57,050 bases of DNA from Chromera velia (GCA_018398765.1 JAHBMJ010000125.1:1-57050), one strand, 5' to 3'; shown: positions 35,978-50,314, counted from the stretch's first letter. Translations and numbers: made by a program. Notes: a model not told the origin generated them from the sequence alone.

Positions 35978-38900
35978 TCAACAGTTACTGCTCAGAAGAG
36001 AAGGGGCGGGGACGGGCGGATTGGGAACGACAGTGACGCGAGTGGGGCCATTCAGTTTTTTGGGGGGAGAGAAGTCCCTGGAAAGCTCACTTTGCTCCCG
36101 TCCCCCACCCACCCCATCAGTCTCCTTTTCCTTCTCCTGTTCCTTCTCGCGCTCCCTCTGCCTCTCCCGTGCCTTCCCCGGACTGCAGCTCGGTCCATCA
36201 GACGACAGAGACGTCACGGCAATCTCGGGATCTAAAGCCGGGGCGTTGAGGCAAGAGAAGACCATAGGCTCGGTTGTGGAGGTATTGGGAGTCTGCAGTT
36301 TGATCGGGGCAGCAGGAGCAGCAGGCTGCACCTGTGTCTGTTGTTGCATGGGTTTCTGCATGGGCATTTGGAGAGGGGCGGGAGGCCAGACAGGCTCCAT
36401 TTGTTCTCTCTCTTCAAAGAGAGTCTCCAGAGGTGGGTTTAGGGTGTGAGACGCGAGCCTGCGTTGACGTGAACGGAGGGACGAGGAGGAAGGTGAACCC
36501 CCCCCGGCAGAATATTTCTGCAGAGGAAGAAGGAGATCCGGTTGTTGGGGGGCAAGGGGAAGTGCATTGGAAGGAGTGTGTGCTGAGGAAACCCCGGGTT
36601 GATTTGCCCTCCGAGGCTCTCCGAAGAATTGGAACTCTTCAGGCGCCGCACGCGCCGCCGCAAAAGGCAATTCTCCTTCAGGGACTCTTGGGATACAGGA
36701 GGGGGGTTGCGGTAAGTGTTGTGGAGCCGCTCCTACAGGCATGTGCATCTGTTGCATTTGCATTGACTGTTGCGGTGTTCCGCCTGTCCAGAGTGCATTT
36801 GCATCTAGGTTCAACGTCATACCACTCATTCCTCTCCACGCAGGCTCATGAGGTATCATCTGTTGATCTGCATAAACCCCCCCCCAAGGCATACCTCCCC
36901 CTAGATTCCCAGGACCCCCCGTTGTGTGTGCCTCAGAGTAGTGTGTGGAAGGAACGGACGGGACGGAACTCCGAGGAGTGCCTTCCCACAAACCCCTTGC
37001 CGCCCCTCCGTAGAGAGGGGGGCTGGAGTGATGCAGAGGGGAGTGGGAGGATGCCGTGGATCCCGGACTGGCCCCTGGTCGGACCCGGGGGATAAAGGCA
37101 TCAGGGGAGGGGGGGGCCAGCCATGAGGGGATAAAATCCTCCCCCCCTCTTCCTGCACTTCCGTTTACGCCTCCTTGAAGAGGGTCTGCTTGCATCACCT
37201 CCCTTGCTTCAGAGGAGGATGCAGCTGCGGTTGTGAAAATTCGTTCCAACCGATCGAGTTTGGACCGAAGGGTGTGGTTTTCTCGTACTGCGGAGGCGAG
37301 CTGATGTGAAGGCACTGACCAGGGGCTCCGGGAGGGGAACTCACGAGAGAGGGCGAGGGGGGGAGAGACGGCACTGTGGGCGTCAGTGCCTTGGTCAATG
37401 ACATTGAGTGCGGGGTGATGTTGAAGGGACGCTTTCCCTCTACGGAGAGCATACAGATTGTCTGTTTGCGGTCTTTGTATGTCTGTTCCACGGGATGGGA
37501 AGAGAGAAGGATCAGCACGAGATCGGACAGCAGCTGTCCCTGCAGCAGCTGCAGTCTGTGCCTCCCGTCTTCTCCTGGCTTCTGCCGCTTTTCTCTCGGC
37601 CTCCGAGGGAATGGAGACAGGAACCGCCGCTTCAGAAAGAGAGTCACCAGAAGGTCGGGCTGGAGGGACAGAGACAGCTGAGTGTCGTGACTTTGCGTGT
37701 GTTGAGTGAGAGCTCATTTGATACTCTCCTGCAAGTCTCAGACTTCTTCTTTCTCTTTCCCTCCCTTGATACCCCCCCTGTCTTCCAGTCTTGTCTGTTC
37801 CCTTTATCATCTGTTTCCGTCCTCCTTCAGAATTTCCTGCTGATGATGATGAAGTTGCTTTGTCATTGTTGACAGAGTGCAGAGAGGAGGCTTCAGAAGA
37901 GACGGCTGTAGCAGCGTCCTCTGCAGAAGTGGGAGGAGCCAGGGCGGCAAAGGTGAAATTCATTCTGTCCGCCCTCTCCCTCTCCGTCTCCCTCTCTGCC
38001 CTTGATCGCTTTTCTTCTTCTGTCAGCTGAGGTCTCTGTCGCCTCCCCTTCAATGCGGGGTCTCCCTCCACGGGACCCTCAGGGTTGAGGGCCGAGGAAA
38101 GGAGAGAGTCGATGCAGGCAGCGTGAGCCCCCTCATCCCCTTCCTCCTCTTCCAAAATCAGACTGTCCCTCTCCCTCTGCAAAGGAAGCTGCCGCCCTTC
38201 AGCAAAGGCCTCAGCAGGGGGACCGAAAGATCCTCTGCACGCAGAGAGAAATCAAGAGAGAACGATGCACACTCTCACACGTTTTTCTCTCTATCGCGCG
38301 CACCCACAGCCTGTGGATGAAAGCCTTTTCCTTGCTGCGGAATTTCTTGGGTCTCTTCGAATGTCTGACTAGCTGCCCTTTATTTCCCTTTCTTTCTCTT
38401 GCAGCCCCCTGATGCTAACAATCTGACAATGGGGCAGGCAGCACGAAGCAGAAACACAAAAGGGAAAGCATCAGCACTTTGAATGAGAATGAACAAGCGC
38501 ACAGGAGATTCATCATCGAGGAAGCGCAAGTTGCGTAGAGGGCTGTTCAATTCTGACCTGTACAATTTGTTCTCTGCCTGAAGGTTTTGGATTTGCCTGC
38601 AATGAGATGGGAACAGATGAATGCATTTACTTTCATACATACATACATAAATACATAGAATTCTGTATGAAAGAAAATGGCTGGAGGTTTTGCATTTGCC
38701 TGCAATGAGATGGGAACAAACGAAAGGGTCACAATTGTAACGGCTCGTCTTCAGTGTCGCATACATGACGGATTCATTCTTGCAGTCTCGAACTTTTTCA
38801 GTCAAAGCAAATTGTGTGCCAAGCACACGCTGCCGAAATTTGAAGGGAAGTCAATGAGCGAAAGAGACTACCACTGGAAAAGTCGGGAACACTTTCGGTC

Positions 38901-39081
38901 ATATTACAGTCTAAAGTACGCACATATAGTTATGCCCACCCTCCCTTACGAAGGCTGACTGACTGCTTCAGTGCAAAGATGGTCTGCTGCACCGGGTCCA
39001 CGAAGGGCACCGGACGATTTCGGATTCTCATACACCGAGAGGCATAAAAGAGAGTGTTGAGACTCTGCACACACACACACA

Positions 39082-39147
<66 letters not shown>

Positions 39148-39171
39148 CATACACACACACACATACACACA

Positions 39172-39214
<43 letters not shown>

Positions 39215-39227
39215 ATACACACACACA

Positions 39228-39271
<44 letters not shown>

Positions 39272-39482
39272 NNNNNNNNNNNNNNNNNNNNNNNNNNNNN
39301 NNNNNNNNNNNNNNNNNNNNNNNNNNNNNNNNNNNNNNNNNNNNNNNNNNNNNNNNNNNNNNNNNNNNNNNNNNNNNNNNNNNNNNNNNNNNNNNNNNNN
39401 NNNNNNNNNNNNNNNNNNNNNNNNNNNNNNNNNNNNCACACACACACACACACACACACATACACACACGCATACACACACA

Positions 39483-39513
<31 letters not shown>

Positions 39514-42194
39514 GCATGTACATCTTCCGATAGAGAAAGAGCGAAGGAGAGAGGATGGGAGGAAAGGAGGTCGGAGAAAAAAAAACACGGAGGAAAGAAA
39601 GGAATGAAGAAGGAATCAATAACAGTCAGCACTCCCGGAAAGCAAGTCAATCCACTGACTCACCTCCTCAACGAAGGCCGAGGACGGAGAGGCACATGCA
39701 ATCATCAGACAGAGAGACTTCCCGCCAAACGAATCCATCAACAGCTGCAGACAGACAGACAGAAAGAAAGAAAAAACGTGATCCAGGAAAGTACAAGGAA
39801 TCTGGCAATCAGCGAGCAATAGTGGAAAGATACGCACAAACAAGGAGGTAGATCGTCTTTTTCATTCTCAATGCTCTCTTTCCTGCAAAGGGCCTTCGAT
39901 TCGTGAGAAGTCGATTGCTTCGATCGATCCTTCTCCACCCTTCCATCTCCCTGTACCCCGCCCTGTTCCCCCCTCTCTGTCTCAAAGCACAGATTGACGG
40001 GACTAATTCAGCACTGTTCTTCACAAACATTTAACATTTCTGGAAAAAAAAAAAATCTGCTGAGATGTTCGCGTACCTGAGTCAGCTTTGAATTCCTGAA
40101 GGGGACGTGTGTGTGTCTCTCCTTGACACCCCCGCCCGTCTCCCCTCCCCCAGCACCTGAGGAGAGACACGAGATGACCTGACCCAGTGTGAAGAGAGAC
40201 TTGTTGATCGCCTGGGTCTCCCTCAATGCCGCTGCCCGCCTTGCCTGTGCCTCCTGAGCAGTCTTCAGAGCCCCTTTGTGACTCTCCCAGAGCCCTGTGC
40301 CAGAGGACAGAGACCCCATTCTCTCCCTCGTATCCAGAGACTGGGAGGGAGAAGGAGAGTCTGTGCCTGCCTGGGGGGAGACGGCAGAGACGGCTGCGGC
40401 CTCCTTGAGCCTCTCGGACCCTGCGAGGTCCACGAAGGTCAACTTGCCTGCAGAGGCAGGGGAGGGGGGGGGGAAAGATATAGGAGGACTCTCAGAAGCG
40501 AAAAAGAAAAATGACCGGAAGAAGGCAGGAAAATGTCCCAGCTCCTGAAGTAGACCCAGTCCCCTCCTATGCAGACACAGAACGGTGTGCATCGAAAGAC
40601 GGCACGGCACAACAAGATTGACAAAGAAAACCGTAGACCAAGGAGTAGAGCTTTTGTTTGGAGAGTTCAATGTATGCCAGAAATTGTCGCGTTTTTCGCA
40701 TCAAAAATCAGAGAGGGTACAAGAGCAGCACGAGGGACCAGACGAAGTTTGCAAAGGGGAATAAAGAGGCTGAAGCAGTGAAAGACGGAAAAGACTCGCA
40801 GCGATTCCTCACGAAGTTATGCGACTTTTTTTTTTGACATAATATAGAGAAGAGACAGACAGACAGACCGTGGCGTGGTGGCAAAGGCTGTTGTTTCTCC
40901 TGCTGTTGCTGGTGATTCTTCTTCCCATCTCCGTCTGTCTCCCCAGCAGCAGACCACCTAGGGACCTCTGGGGCCGGTGGCATGGGAAGTATTTCAATCT
41001 CGACAGTCAGGATACAGTGGCTTCGCGAGGAGTCGGAATTTAAATTCGACGCTGCTTGTCTTCTGTTTCTCATTCCTTCTTCAAGAACACCCAAAAGCTC
41101 GGCAGCATTCTCGCATTGTCTACTCTGCAGTCCCTCAACGTAGAATCCATTATGATGGTCCGCGTTGAATCGGACAGGAAGGGACTGCGACTCGTGTCCC
41201 ACCGGTCTCTGAGAAGACGGGTGTGTGAGGAGGTCTGAGACTCTCTCTAAATAAATCTCACACATCGACGCCTTCACACCGTACCGCAACCTTCCTGAAG
41301 CCCCCAACTGTAAAGCGTCTCGAAGCCGATACGCAGCGTCACTTGCTGAAGACGAGGACGAAGAGTGACTTCCGTGCCCCCCCCTCAGACTCTGACCCCC
41401 CCCAGAGGCCGCCTCCAGAGCCGCAAAGAGATAGAATGCAGACCTTGGAATGACCCCGAAAGTAGTCGGAGAGGGCCCAGCACTCCCCGACTCGAGAAGT
41501 GGGGGACCGTCGCCTAGCAACGCACCAGGAAAACACCCCCCCACAGGTGAGCCCTCGTCAAACCCCCTCCCGGCCAGCGTGTACGTCTTTCCGGATCCTG
41601 TCTGGCCGTATGCGATCAGAGTGGCTGCACAAATATGTACACACGTCGTCTGAGAGTCTTGCCTGACCCTGTGGGCCAATTCGACATCACTGTTGCTACA
41701 CGAAGGAAAGACGGACACACAAAAGAAAAGAGAAAGAGGAACCCTGAAACCTCCCCTACTGACCAGAGTACCCTCTCAAGGCTGCATCGATGAGTGGAGT
41801 CTGCAGGCAGGCACACGATGGAACCATGTAGACGGTTTATGATTCACATGAAGGAACATGCAGGGAAAGACTTCATGCGAGGACATGGTTTGAGAAACGC
41901 CTGACTGACCACTCCAGCTTGATGAAAGAACCGTTCTTGTCCGACTTCGGGACCCAGACTCGCATTGAATGCAAAGCGTCTTGAGTAGGGAGGAGTGGCT
42001 GTCAGCACCTCGACAGAGCTTGACGAAACGACTCGCAGGGCCTCATGGTCCCCCCTTGTTGCTTCGGAGTCACTGAAGGGACGCACTCGCAGAACGGCTT
42101 TGATGCGCACACCTCCAGAGTCATTCGGAGTCTTTCCGTCCTTGTTTTGCCTCTTTCCTCCTGAGGGGTCTGAAACACGCCCAACTGAAGACAT
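35978..42194 (-). CDS. Kinesin motor protein, KIF12/kinesin-16-like; exons 42194-41910, 41800-41764, 41624-40869, 40447-40077, 39744-39664, 39064-38964, 38596-~38558, ~38234-35978 (last junctions uncertain)
   Basis: VLRVRP; P-loop [12 protein letters not shown]; switch [14 protein letters not shown]; switch [38 protein letters not shown] and [22 protein letters not shown] resembles KIF12. Confidence 0.9.
39068..39515. repeat. (CA)n microsatellite with assembly gap, in a kinesin intron
   Basis: Direct reading. Confidence 0.95.
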
Positions 42195-42950
42195 GGTGCT
42201 GATTTTTGGAACACAGTTGACGTAGTCCAAAGAGCGAAGCTGTTCAGATTTGCGTCACGGTCAGGCAGGCAACAGATCGAGGTCAGAAACTTGGCCAAGC
42301 AACACTGAGAGAAAACGCGGTACAGGAGTTCCTTTCGAAAACCTTGCACCACCCTGATCCGTTCTAGTGCCTTGAACGAGCTCACCAGAAAGTCGTCTAC
42401 GGTGGAAAGGGAAGTAGACGGGCAGAGTGCACCTCGTCGTTCAAAAGGCTGTGCCCGGCGCTGCAGTGATGCATGCACGGGTAAAAATTAAAAAAAGAAA
42501 AATTTTTTTTTTTTTTTGCAGCGCGCGCGCTCCGCATGCGCGCGAAGAATGACATTGTATGCATGCGCAAAACGACACGCATGCATGCAGTTTTGTCTGA
42601 CCTTAATTTGCATGCACTGTCAGAGACAGACTCAGAGAGTCAGACATGCAGCCTGTGCAGTCAATTGAATCTCCAATTAGAGTGTTTTCATCGTTTCAAG
42701 TCCTCCACAGCCATTTTCATGCATACATACACGTATTCAGAGGCAGGCTGACCTCGCAGCTGGGGCTATGTGACCGGCTGCAAGAGTGATCCTCAAACAT
42801 GCAGCCTGTCAGGGGTCGATCCCATGAATGAATGACATGCATGTGATGGCACGAATGGATTGAATCAAAACAGGCGGCCATCCGTCCCTTTGTGTTCCCA
42901 TCCGTTGAAGCGACTACTTACTCTATCACAAGAGGGTGCTTTTCGTGACT

Positions 42951-43742
42951 ATGTCCTCTTCTCAGGAGGTGTGCAAACACTTCGCGCAAGGGAACTGTAG
43001 ATACGGAGACAAGTGCAGACAGGCCCACCATACTGTTGCCACCAAAGTCGTTCGATCCAGCCCAGACGGGAACAAGTCACAAGCGGCGGCGCATCCAGGG
43101 TCCGGGTCCGCTCCGAAAGGAGCACCACAGTCCAAAGGCCAGAGACCTGTGTGTAAAGTCTGGATGGTTCATGGAGAGTGTGACCGGGACACGGAGGGCA
43201 AGTGCAAATTCACTCACAGTCTCCCCCCCGAACGACAGGCTGCGTACATCTTCTTAACTGCCAAGGACGGGGGGATCACCCAGGTGACGCGGGAGGAGCT
43301 CGAATGGAAAAAAGCGAACCGAGGAAAAGACTGGTGGAAGACTGAAGAGAAGGAAACGTGGGCGCCGTCTGTGGTCAGTCCGAACGGGCGGTTTGTGATT
43401 CTGGATGGGGGGAAGCAGGAGGTGAGTGACTCGGAGCGTATGATGCGACACTACAGTGGGTACCGTCTCTATCGCGTTCTCAGAGGGTCCAATGGTACCC
43501 CTGTGCGTCTGGAGAAGGTGAAGGAGTACCCCAGCATATACGTTCAGGAGATCATGAAGCCCTCCTCTGGACGTACAACGGGGTACACGCAAGCCGAGTG
43601 GGTGGAGGATGCGGCGTCAGGTAGTCGGTTGAGTCTGACAAGGGTGGGCAAGAGATGGAAGGATGGAGAGGAAGCGGGACAGAAGGTGGTGGAAGCTGAG
43701 AGTGTTCCGTTGGAGGTAGAGGATGGAGAAGAAGTGACATGA
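42951..43742 (+). CDS. CCCH zinc-finger protein, 263 aa, apparently single exon
   Basis: CKHFAQGNCRYGDKCRQAH and CKVWMVHGECDRDTEGKCKFTH. Confidence 0.85.
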   Translation: MSSSQEVCKHFAQGNCRYGDKCRQAHHTVATKVVRSSPDGNKSQAAAHPGSGSAPKGAPQSKGQRPVCKVWMVHGECDRDTEGKCKFTHSLPPERQAAYIFLTAKDGGITQVTREELEWKKANRGKDWWKTEEKETWAPSVVSPNGRFVILDGGKQEVSDSERMMRHYSGYRLYRVLRGSNGTPVRLEKVKEYPSIYVQEIMKPSSGRTTGYTQAEWVEDAASGSRLSLTRVGKRWKDGEEAGQKVVEAESVPLEVEDGEEVT

Positions 43743-45088
43743 TCGTTGAGGTGTAGGGGAAATGGGGAAGACTTGTGAGGCATCATTGGATCAACGCTCG
43801 GCTCACCGTTCTGGGTAACTCTATCAATGAAGACCAACCTCTATTTTAAATGTTAAAATAATTTAGAATACACTGCAGAAATCAATTTCAACTGCGGCCT
43901 AGAATGCGATATGAAGAAAAGGTTGAATTTATTAGAATTTATACAATTAACTTTAACTAAAACTTCAGTTTTTGAGAGCATTAACTTAAGGTACTTTCCT
44001 AGCTTGTAACCTAGCTGCTATTCTTCCTTATGATAGTCAATCAGATGCTCAATACATACATTTTTTTGCATTCTAAAGTTTTCTACTATGCTGTCACTTT
44101 TCCGAGTCTAGTCACTTTTGTTAAATTAATCGATCGAGTATGTGTTTTTTTAAATTAATATAAATATTTTAGAAAAATACTACACATACGTTGTAAAGAA
44201 TTAATAAAACTTGGATCAATGATTAAATGGAGTAAATTTTAGTGATACTCATTTTTTGCCAAATTTTATGGTTTTATGAATTTTAACTTCTGTCTAGAGA
44301 AAGTTGTTCTAAATATGTTCTTTAATAGCAAAACCAGTCTTATTCTATACTGTTTCCTATAGAATGTTTCTGTTATTTATTTTTCAATCAAAATTGTGGG
44401 CAAACTATCAAGTAAACTCTGTACGCAACCCTAGAGCTAACCAATGTATATAGCCAGCCACTAGGCCGAGGATGAATCCAGCCCCTGTGCGGTGCGGCTG
44501 GATCAAAATGGATCGAAAGCCGGGAGAGACCTGGGCCGTGGCGCTCTTCAAGTTGCTTGGGCCGCGTGTGGAGACGGGCCTGGCAGCTGAATTTCACAGT
44601 GAATTTTTTGATAAAGCCTGGAATTCAATCGATCGATGAGAAGGCTTTGAGACTGAAACGGCTTTGCTTTCTGGTCTAAGGAAATATTGACTGATAACCG
44701 GACAGACAGCTTTTTTGCTCTTGATCTTGCTTCTTCTGCTGGGCTCTCTTGAGTCCTATATACTCCTGCTAGCTTGACTTGCCAAGGTCTAGCTTTCTCA
44801 GTATGTATCATAGGCAGCATACGTTGTGCAATGAAAGCATGTATGTCTAAACTCATGTACGTATAATTGTTACTAGAATTATTTTTTCTGTCTTCAGTCT
44901 TTCCATGTCTTTCCCAAAACGAAACTTTCCCACAGTGCCTCCAAAGTACTGGCCTAGCAAAGCTTGCACATTCAATGCTAATCAATGAATCGACAATAAG
45001 CATTTATTTGCAAACAAGATTCATCCATCTACTCATTGAATTCCCCCCCCTCGTTTTGGAGCCCGAACCGCTCCCTGCCGAAGCTTCT

Positions 45089-46450
45089 GGCTTCTTCTAA
45101 CTCAAAGTTACCGAGCGCATCCATAGACCCACAATTGTGAAAGCATGAAGTTTCACAGAAAAGAAAACAAACGATTCAGAATTCCAGGAATGCACAAAAT
45201 GAAACACACTCAAACGCAAACATCGAATGGAATGGGATGGAAGAGAAAAGAGGCGAAAAAAAGAAAGCAAAAGAAAAACAAAAGGGCGGAGACAAATGTC
45301 GGTTGTGACAGGCGCTACCGGAAGCGCTTATCCAAAAAGGAAGACTGCCGACACAGTCCGTCTGCTGAGTGCGCACAGAAGACTTAGTGAAGCATTTCAG
45401 GAAACACAAAACGAAGAAAAATGGAAAGAGGAAAGGAAAGCAAGAGAATGGATTGCATGGGTGAACACATTTCTCCCATGCAATCTGTTCATTGATGTAT
45501 CCAGAGATTCGTCTACATGCTTCGATCGATGACCTCCCTCCCTTCCTTCCCTTCCCTTCCATTATACCCCCTGCCCTCTCTTTCTGCCTTCAAAATCGGT
45601 ACTGCTCATCTCTCCTTGCTGTCTGCTCTTCTTACTGTATGTCGGATGGGGTTTCCCTGCGGATGATGCAGCTCCATTGCTTACTGCCCTTTGGTGCTGA
45701 GACCCTGCATGCATGCATGACCTATCTCTGTCGGTGTTCAAATTCCCCTTAGGCTGCTGCCTTGAGCCGAGACATGAATATGCCCAGAGATGAGTTAATG
45801 AGCACTGCATGACGTCACTAGCTACTCACTGTTACTTTCACAAAAGAAAAGAGAAAGAAAAGGACGGCGCGGTGCACTTCAAACAAATTCATACAGACAT
45901 AAAATAGAATAGGCACCGTCGAGTGGACTTTACCAAACGATATTGAAAAAAAAGGGAAAAGGAGGCAATGGGCCATGAAAGAAAAAGAGTGGCAGCGACC
46001 GAGAGAGAAGGGAACGCCCAAAAGAGAGAAATGGCCTGCCCAACAAGAGAGACAAAACAAGTTGCATGACATTGTCCGGAAGAGGCGATCGAATGAAGAA
46101 AACAAAATTCAATTCTTGAGCGAAATGGGCACACGCGCTCAAACCGGAAGAGCAAAATTCCTCAACACGATTCATGAATGCATCAGGAGTGCACACACAC
46201 ACACGCTCCACCCCTCTCATATGCACTGCCTCATGCATGCAGACTGCATGTGCCCATCGAAACTTCATTCCCTCCTTCTTTGCACTCAGAGAAAAAGACC
46301 GAAGCCCATCCCAAAAGAGAACCTCCCATCCTTCAGGCAAAGCGCACGAAGGAACAAAATGACTGGATTCTCGGAACACAGTCACAGAGAGAGAAAAGGG
46401 GGATGGGAACAGAGACGGAGGGTGTTGAAAGCCACAAGCGGTTAATCGAT
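45089..46450. repeat. Duplicated 3' flank of type-A zinc-finger genes; second copy ~54420-55875
   Basis: ggcttcttc-aactcaaag...gaaagccacaagcg is collinear in both places over ~1.4 kb. Confidence 0.92.
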
Positions 46451-48729
46451 CAAAAGGGAGAAGGAAGAGAGGAGACCAGCTTGCACTCCTTACACTGGGA
46501 GCGCTCTCGGCCGTGCTGACAGAGGCCACTCCCTCCACACTCCTTGCATCTATAGCGAATGCGACCGTGCTCACAAACACTTTTCCCTCCGCACTCCTTG
46601 CACTCACATCGCCTCCTGCTGTGCTCACAAATGCTCCTGCCTCCGCATTCCTTGCACTGAGAGCGCAGACGGCCGTGCTCACAGATGCTTTTCCCTCCGC
46701 ACTCCTTGCACTTATAGCGCTCACGGCCGTGCTCACAGATGCCCTGCCCTCCGCATTCCTTGCACTCATTTCGCCTCCGGCCGTGCTCACAGATTCCCTT
46801 CCCGCCGCACTCCTTGCACCTGTGACGGGCACGGCCGTGCTCACAGATCCCCTTTCCTCCGCACTCCTTGCAGCCGTGACGCTGACGGCCGTGCTCACAA
46901 ATGCCACTTCCCGCGCACTCCTTGCACTGAGAGCGCTGACGGCCGTGCTCACAAATGCTACTTCCCCCGCACTCCTTGCATCTATGACGCTGACGGCCGT
47001 GCTCACAAATCCCACTTCCCCCGCACTCCTTGCATCTGTGACGCTGACGGTCGTGCTCACAAATGCTCTTGCCTCCGCACTGCTTACATGAAGAGCGGAT
47101 TCTGCCGTGCTCACAAATGCTCTTTCCTCCGCACTCCTTGCACTTGCTTCGCTCCCTTCCGTGCTCACAAATGCCCTTCCCTCCGCACTCCTTGCAAAGA
47201 GACCGCTGCCGACCATGCTCACAGATGCCCTTTCCTCCACACTACTTGCACAGAGAGCGCTGACGGCCATGCTCACAGATGCCCTTGCCTCCGCACTCCT
47301 TGCACCTGTGACGCTCTCTACCGTGCTCACAAATGCTCCCCCCTCCACATTCCTTGCACCTATAGCGAACCCGCCCATGAGAGCAGAGAATCTGCCCATG
47401 GCGGTTCCTCTTCACTCCTCCTCCCCCCTTCCCCCCCCGCGAATCACTGCGCGACACTCCCACTTTCGCTTCACCGATCGGACCCCCCTTCCCTACACAG
47501 AACTCAGAAGAGAGACGGGCGGAGTCCCAAACAGACACAGTCAACCGACGCTGCTTCTCTTCCCGCATCACACCCCCCTCCTTCCCCTGCAACACAGCCC
47601 CCTCTCCGGCAACAGGAAAGCCAGACAAGGCATGGCACTCGTCGGCCTCAGCCTCAGCGTCAGAGAAGGAAGCCTCTGACCTGAGACGCTTCAGTGAATC
47701 CGCAACACCCTGCGTCCTCGGCCACTCTTCCCTCTGTCCATCCAGTGTGCGATCATGTGAAAGGTGGCGGGTGGGAGGCAAAGGACGGGAGCGAGGCCGC
47801 ATGCTGTCAGACTCGGTGTCAGCGGGAGCTTTGCTGCCTCCCACTGAATCGGCACCTTCGGCACACACGTCCTCTTCCCCCCCCTCTACTCTCGTTGTCT
47901 TCTGTCTCTCTGGCTCACTTTGACTGTTGTTGCCCCCATCCCCTTCCATTTCAACTCGACTGTCAGGATGTTGTCCTTCGAACTCGGCGGCCGATTGAGG
48001 GGGATGCATAGACAGAGATGACGCGTGTTGACCCTCATCGGTTCTTGCCAACATTTCTTCGGAGTCTCTTTGGGTCCTCTCTTCTGAGGAAACCGGATAC
48101 GCACTCTCTGACTGAGGGCAAGACAGACCACCACGTTCAGCGACCGTCTCACTCTGCGGGTGGTCGGTCTGTCCGTTCGGGTGCAGAGGGATCAGTCCGA
48201 GCTGCACACTCTCAGGAACCCCCCATTCCACCAAAATGCCGACCATCTCTCTCTTCTGCTGTTCTTCTCCCCCCTCTTCTGCACCGATATGTATTGTGTT
48301 GTGCCCCCTTTCTCCGACCGAACAGCGGTCAACAGGAGGAAGCCCATCAACGAGACAAACCGCGCGGAAGTCACCACCGTTCAGCGGCTCTAGACACACG
48401 GGGTTGTCGGGGTCTGACACCTCAACCTCGTTGCTGCTGTTCGGAACTGCAACCAGTCGGAAGTTCAATTTCGACACTCCCACCCTTCCAACCTTTCTGT
48501 CTGTCTCCACTTCACTCTCGAAATCTCCAGAGACACCCATCGTGCACTCTGACAGATTGACTTCCACCTCACTCGACACCCACCACGGATGCACACACGG
48601 TGCAGGTGTCAGAGACAACGCACCACCCAAATCCCACCCACCCAGCTCAGCACATTCTCCCACCACCACAACGCGCTGATTCTCTCGCACCTCCGGGCAA
48701 TGCGCAACAAAGGCGATCAACCCCTTCAT
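46450..48729 (-). pseudogene. CBM20/zinc-finger-array gene, type A (~17 repeats); 760 codons with a single internal TAG at 47242-47244
   Basis: MKGLIAFVAHCPEVRENQRVVVVGECAELGGWDLGGALSLTPAPCVHPWW is CBM20-like; the array continues in frame beyond the TAG, which replaces the GAG of CKEC, to ...LVSSLPSPF*. Confidence 0.85.
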
Positions 48730-48966
48730 TGTGCCAACGCAGATATATATGTGTCGGTAGACGGCTTCAACTTCAACCGAGGAGAGAAGGAGGGGTCGAT
48801 CTCGAAGGACACACGTCCCGCTGGTTGTCAATGAATGCCTTTGATCGCGATGTCTATCTCGATCGATCGATTGACACCTGCAAAGAAGGAGGAGGAGGAG
48901 AAGAAGAAGAAGAAGAAGAACAAGAAAAAGAAGCAAGCAAGCAAGCAAAAATTTAGGCTGACAAAG

Positions 48967-49117
48967 CCACAAAGGGTAAAGGCTTACAAAGCAGCAAACC
49001 GTTTGTTCCAGCGAGCATAATCACACGCCAACAACAACAACAAGAACTTCAAGAAGCACGCAAAAATTAACGCTGACAGACCCACAAAGGGTAAGGCTTA
49101 CAAAGCAGGAAACCGTT
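48967..49117 (+). repeat. Local direct duplication of ~37 bp
   Basis: ccacaaagggtaa(a)ggcttacaaagcag-aaaccgtt at ~48967 and ~49082. Confidence 0.85.
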
Positions 49118-50314
49118 AGGACCAAAGAGCACAATCACTCATACGCCAAAGCCAGGAAGGAAAAGACCCACTCAGGCGATTCACCAGCAAGCACTGCCTC
49201 TACTTCACTTCGAGTTGTCAGCCGATTCAACCGCGATGACCGCCTCTCGACCACAAGTCGCAGATCAATGGACTAGCTCACACAATGAAGGAGACCGATG
49301 CTCTCAGGCGAGTCTGCCCTCTGCGATCGAGAAGTGATCCCCACACGGCTGGTCACCCCAACAAAGCTGTCAGCTGTGCAGGATCGAAAAGACAGCTGTA
49401 TCAATCATCGAGCCTGGCAGTAAGAAAGCAGTTCGATCTGCTTGAGACAGAACTCATGCGCGAACAGTATTTGAACGTTGAGCTTTCATGGTATGAGCCA
49501 TCCTCAGACTTGATCTGACAGCATCATCGAATGCATGAGGTTCCGAAGTGACAGTTCAGAAGATTTCAGGAGTTCAATTTCTCGTGTCCCTTAATTTCTG
49601 CAATGCATGCCAGGATATGCCAGGTCCCGCGCGGGCAAAAAAAATGCCATTGCATCGCGCAATCATGCATCGCGCGTTTCGATCGGAGAAAGTTTCTGCA
49701 TGACGTGCACTGCAGAGACAACGCGATTCTGACATGATTCTGACAAACAGAATCAAACTCAATGTGTGGCTGTGCAATGATCGGCCTCAGAAAGATTGCT
49801 TTCTGGTCGTCGTGCATGTGGAGCTCTCAGCTGATTCGGCCAAAGTCAGATCTGCAGTATACGCAAGATTCGCGGCAAGAACTCATGAAGACATTGAAGA
49901 GCACAACATGAGACCAGCAACGACTTCTTCGCCTTCGTGCTCCTTCTCTCTTTGATCAGTGCAAGTGCTAATCAAGAGGCCCAGATCGAGCGGGCGTTCT
50001 CCGCTTTCTGCTCTGACTGTCGGTAGTCACTGTGTGAAAGTTACCGGAAAAGGTTTGGACCTCGAGACATTCCCACTCTTTCTCTTGTGTCAGACAGTCA
50101 GCAGTTTCGACTTTTGTTCGAGAAGTCAGAGGGGGCCGGGAAGCCGTTGAAAGCATCCACGTGCGCTCACCTTTGTTCTGGCGTGCTCACTTCTGAAGCT
50201 TTGGCGTTTGTCCCCCGGACAGAATCAAGTCAGTGCATGGGTGGAGTTGAAATGCACGAGTTGAATCTCGAGCGAGGAAGACGTGGGAGTTGGTTGTGTC
50301 AACTGCTCTACATT

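Noticed and set aside
44400..45080. Possible AP2-like or TE ORF (44548-45003)
   Set aside because: No convincing motif; looks decayed
46480..47390. CRISPR-like look (constant repeat plus variable segment)
   Set aside because: The period is exactly 18 codons, the variable parts are short and reused, the context is eukaryotic and no cas genes are present
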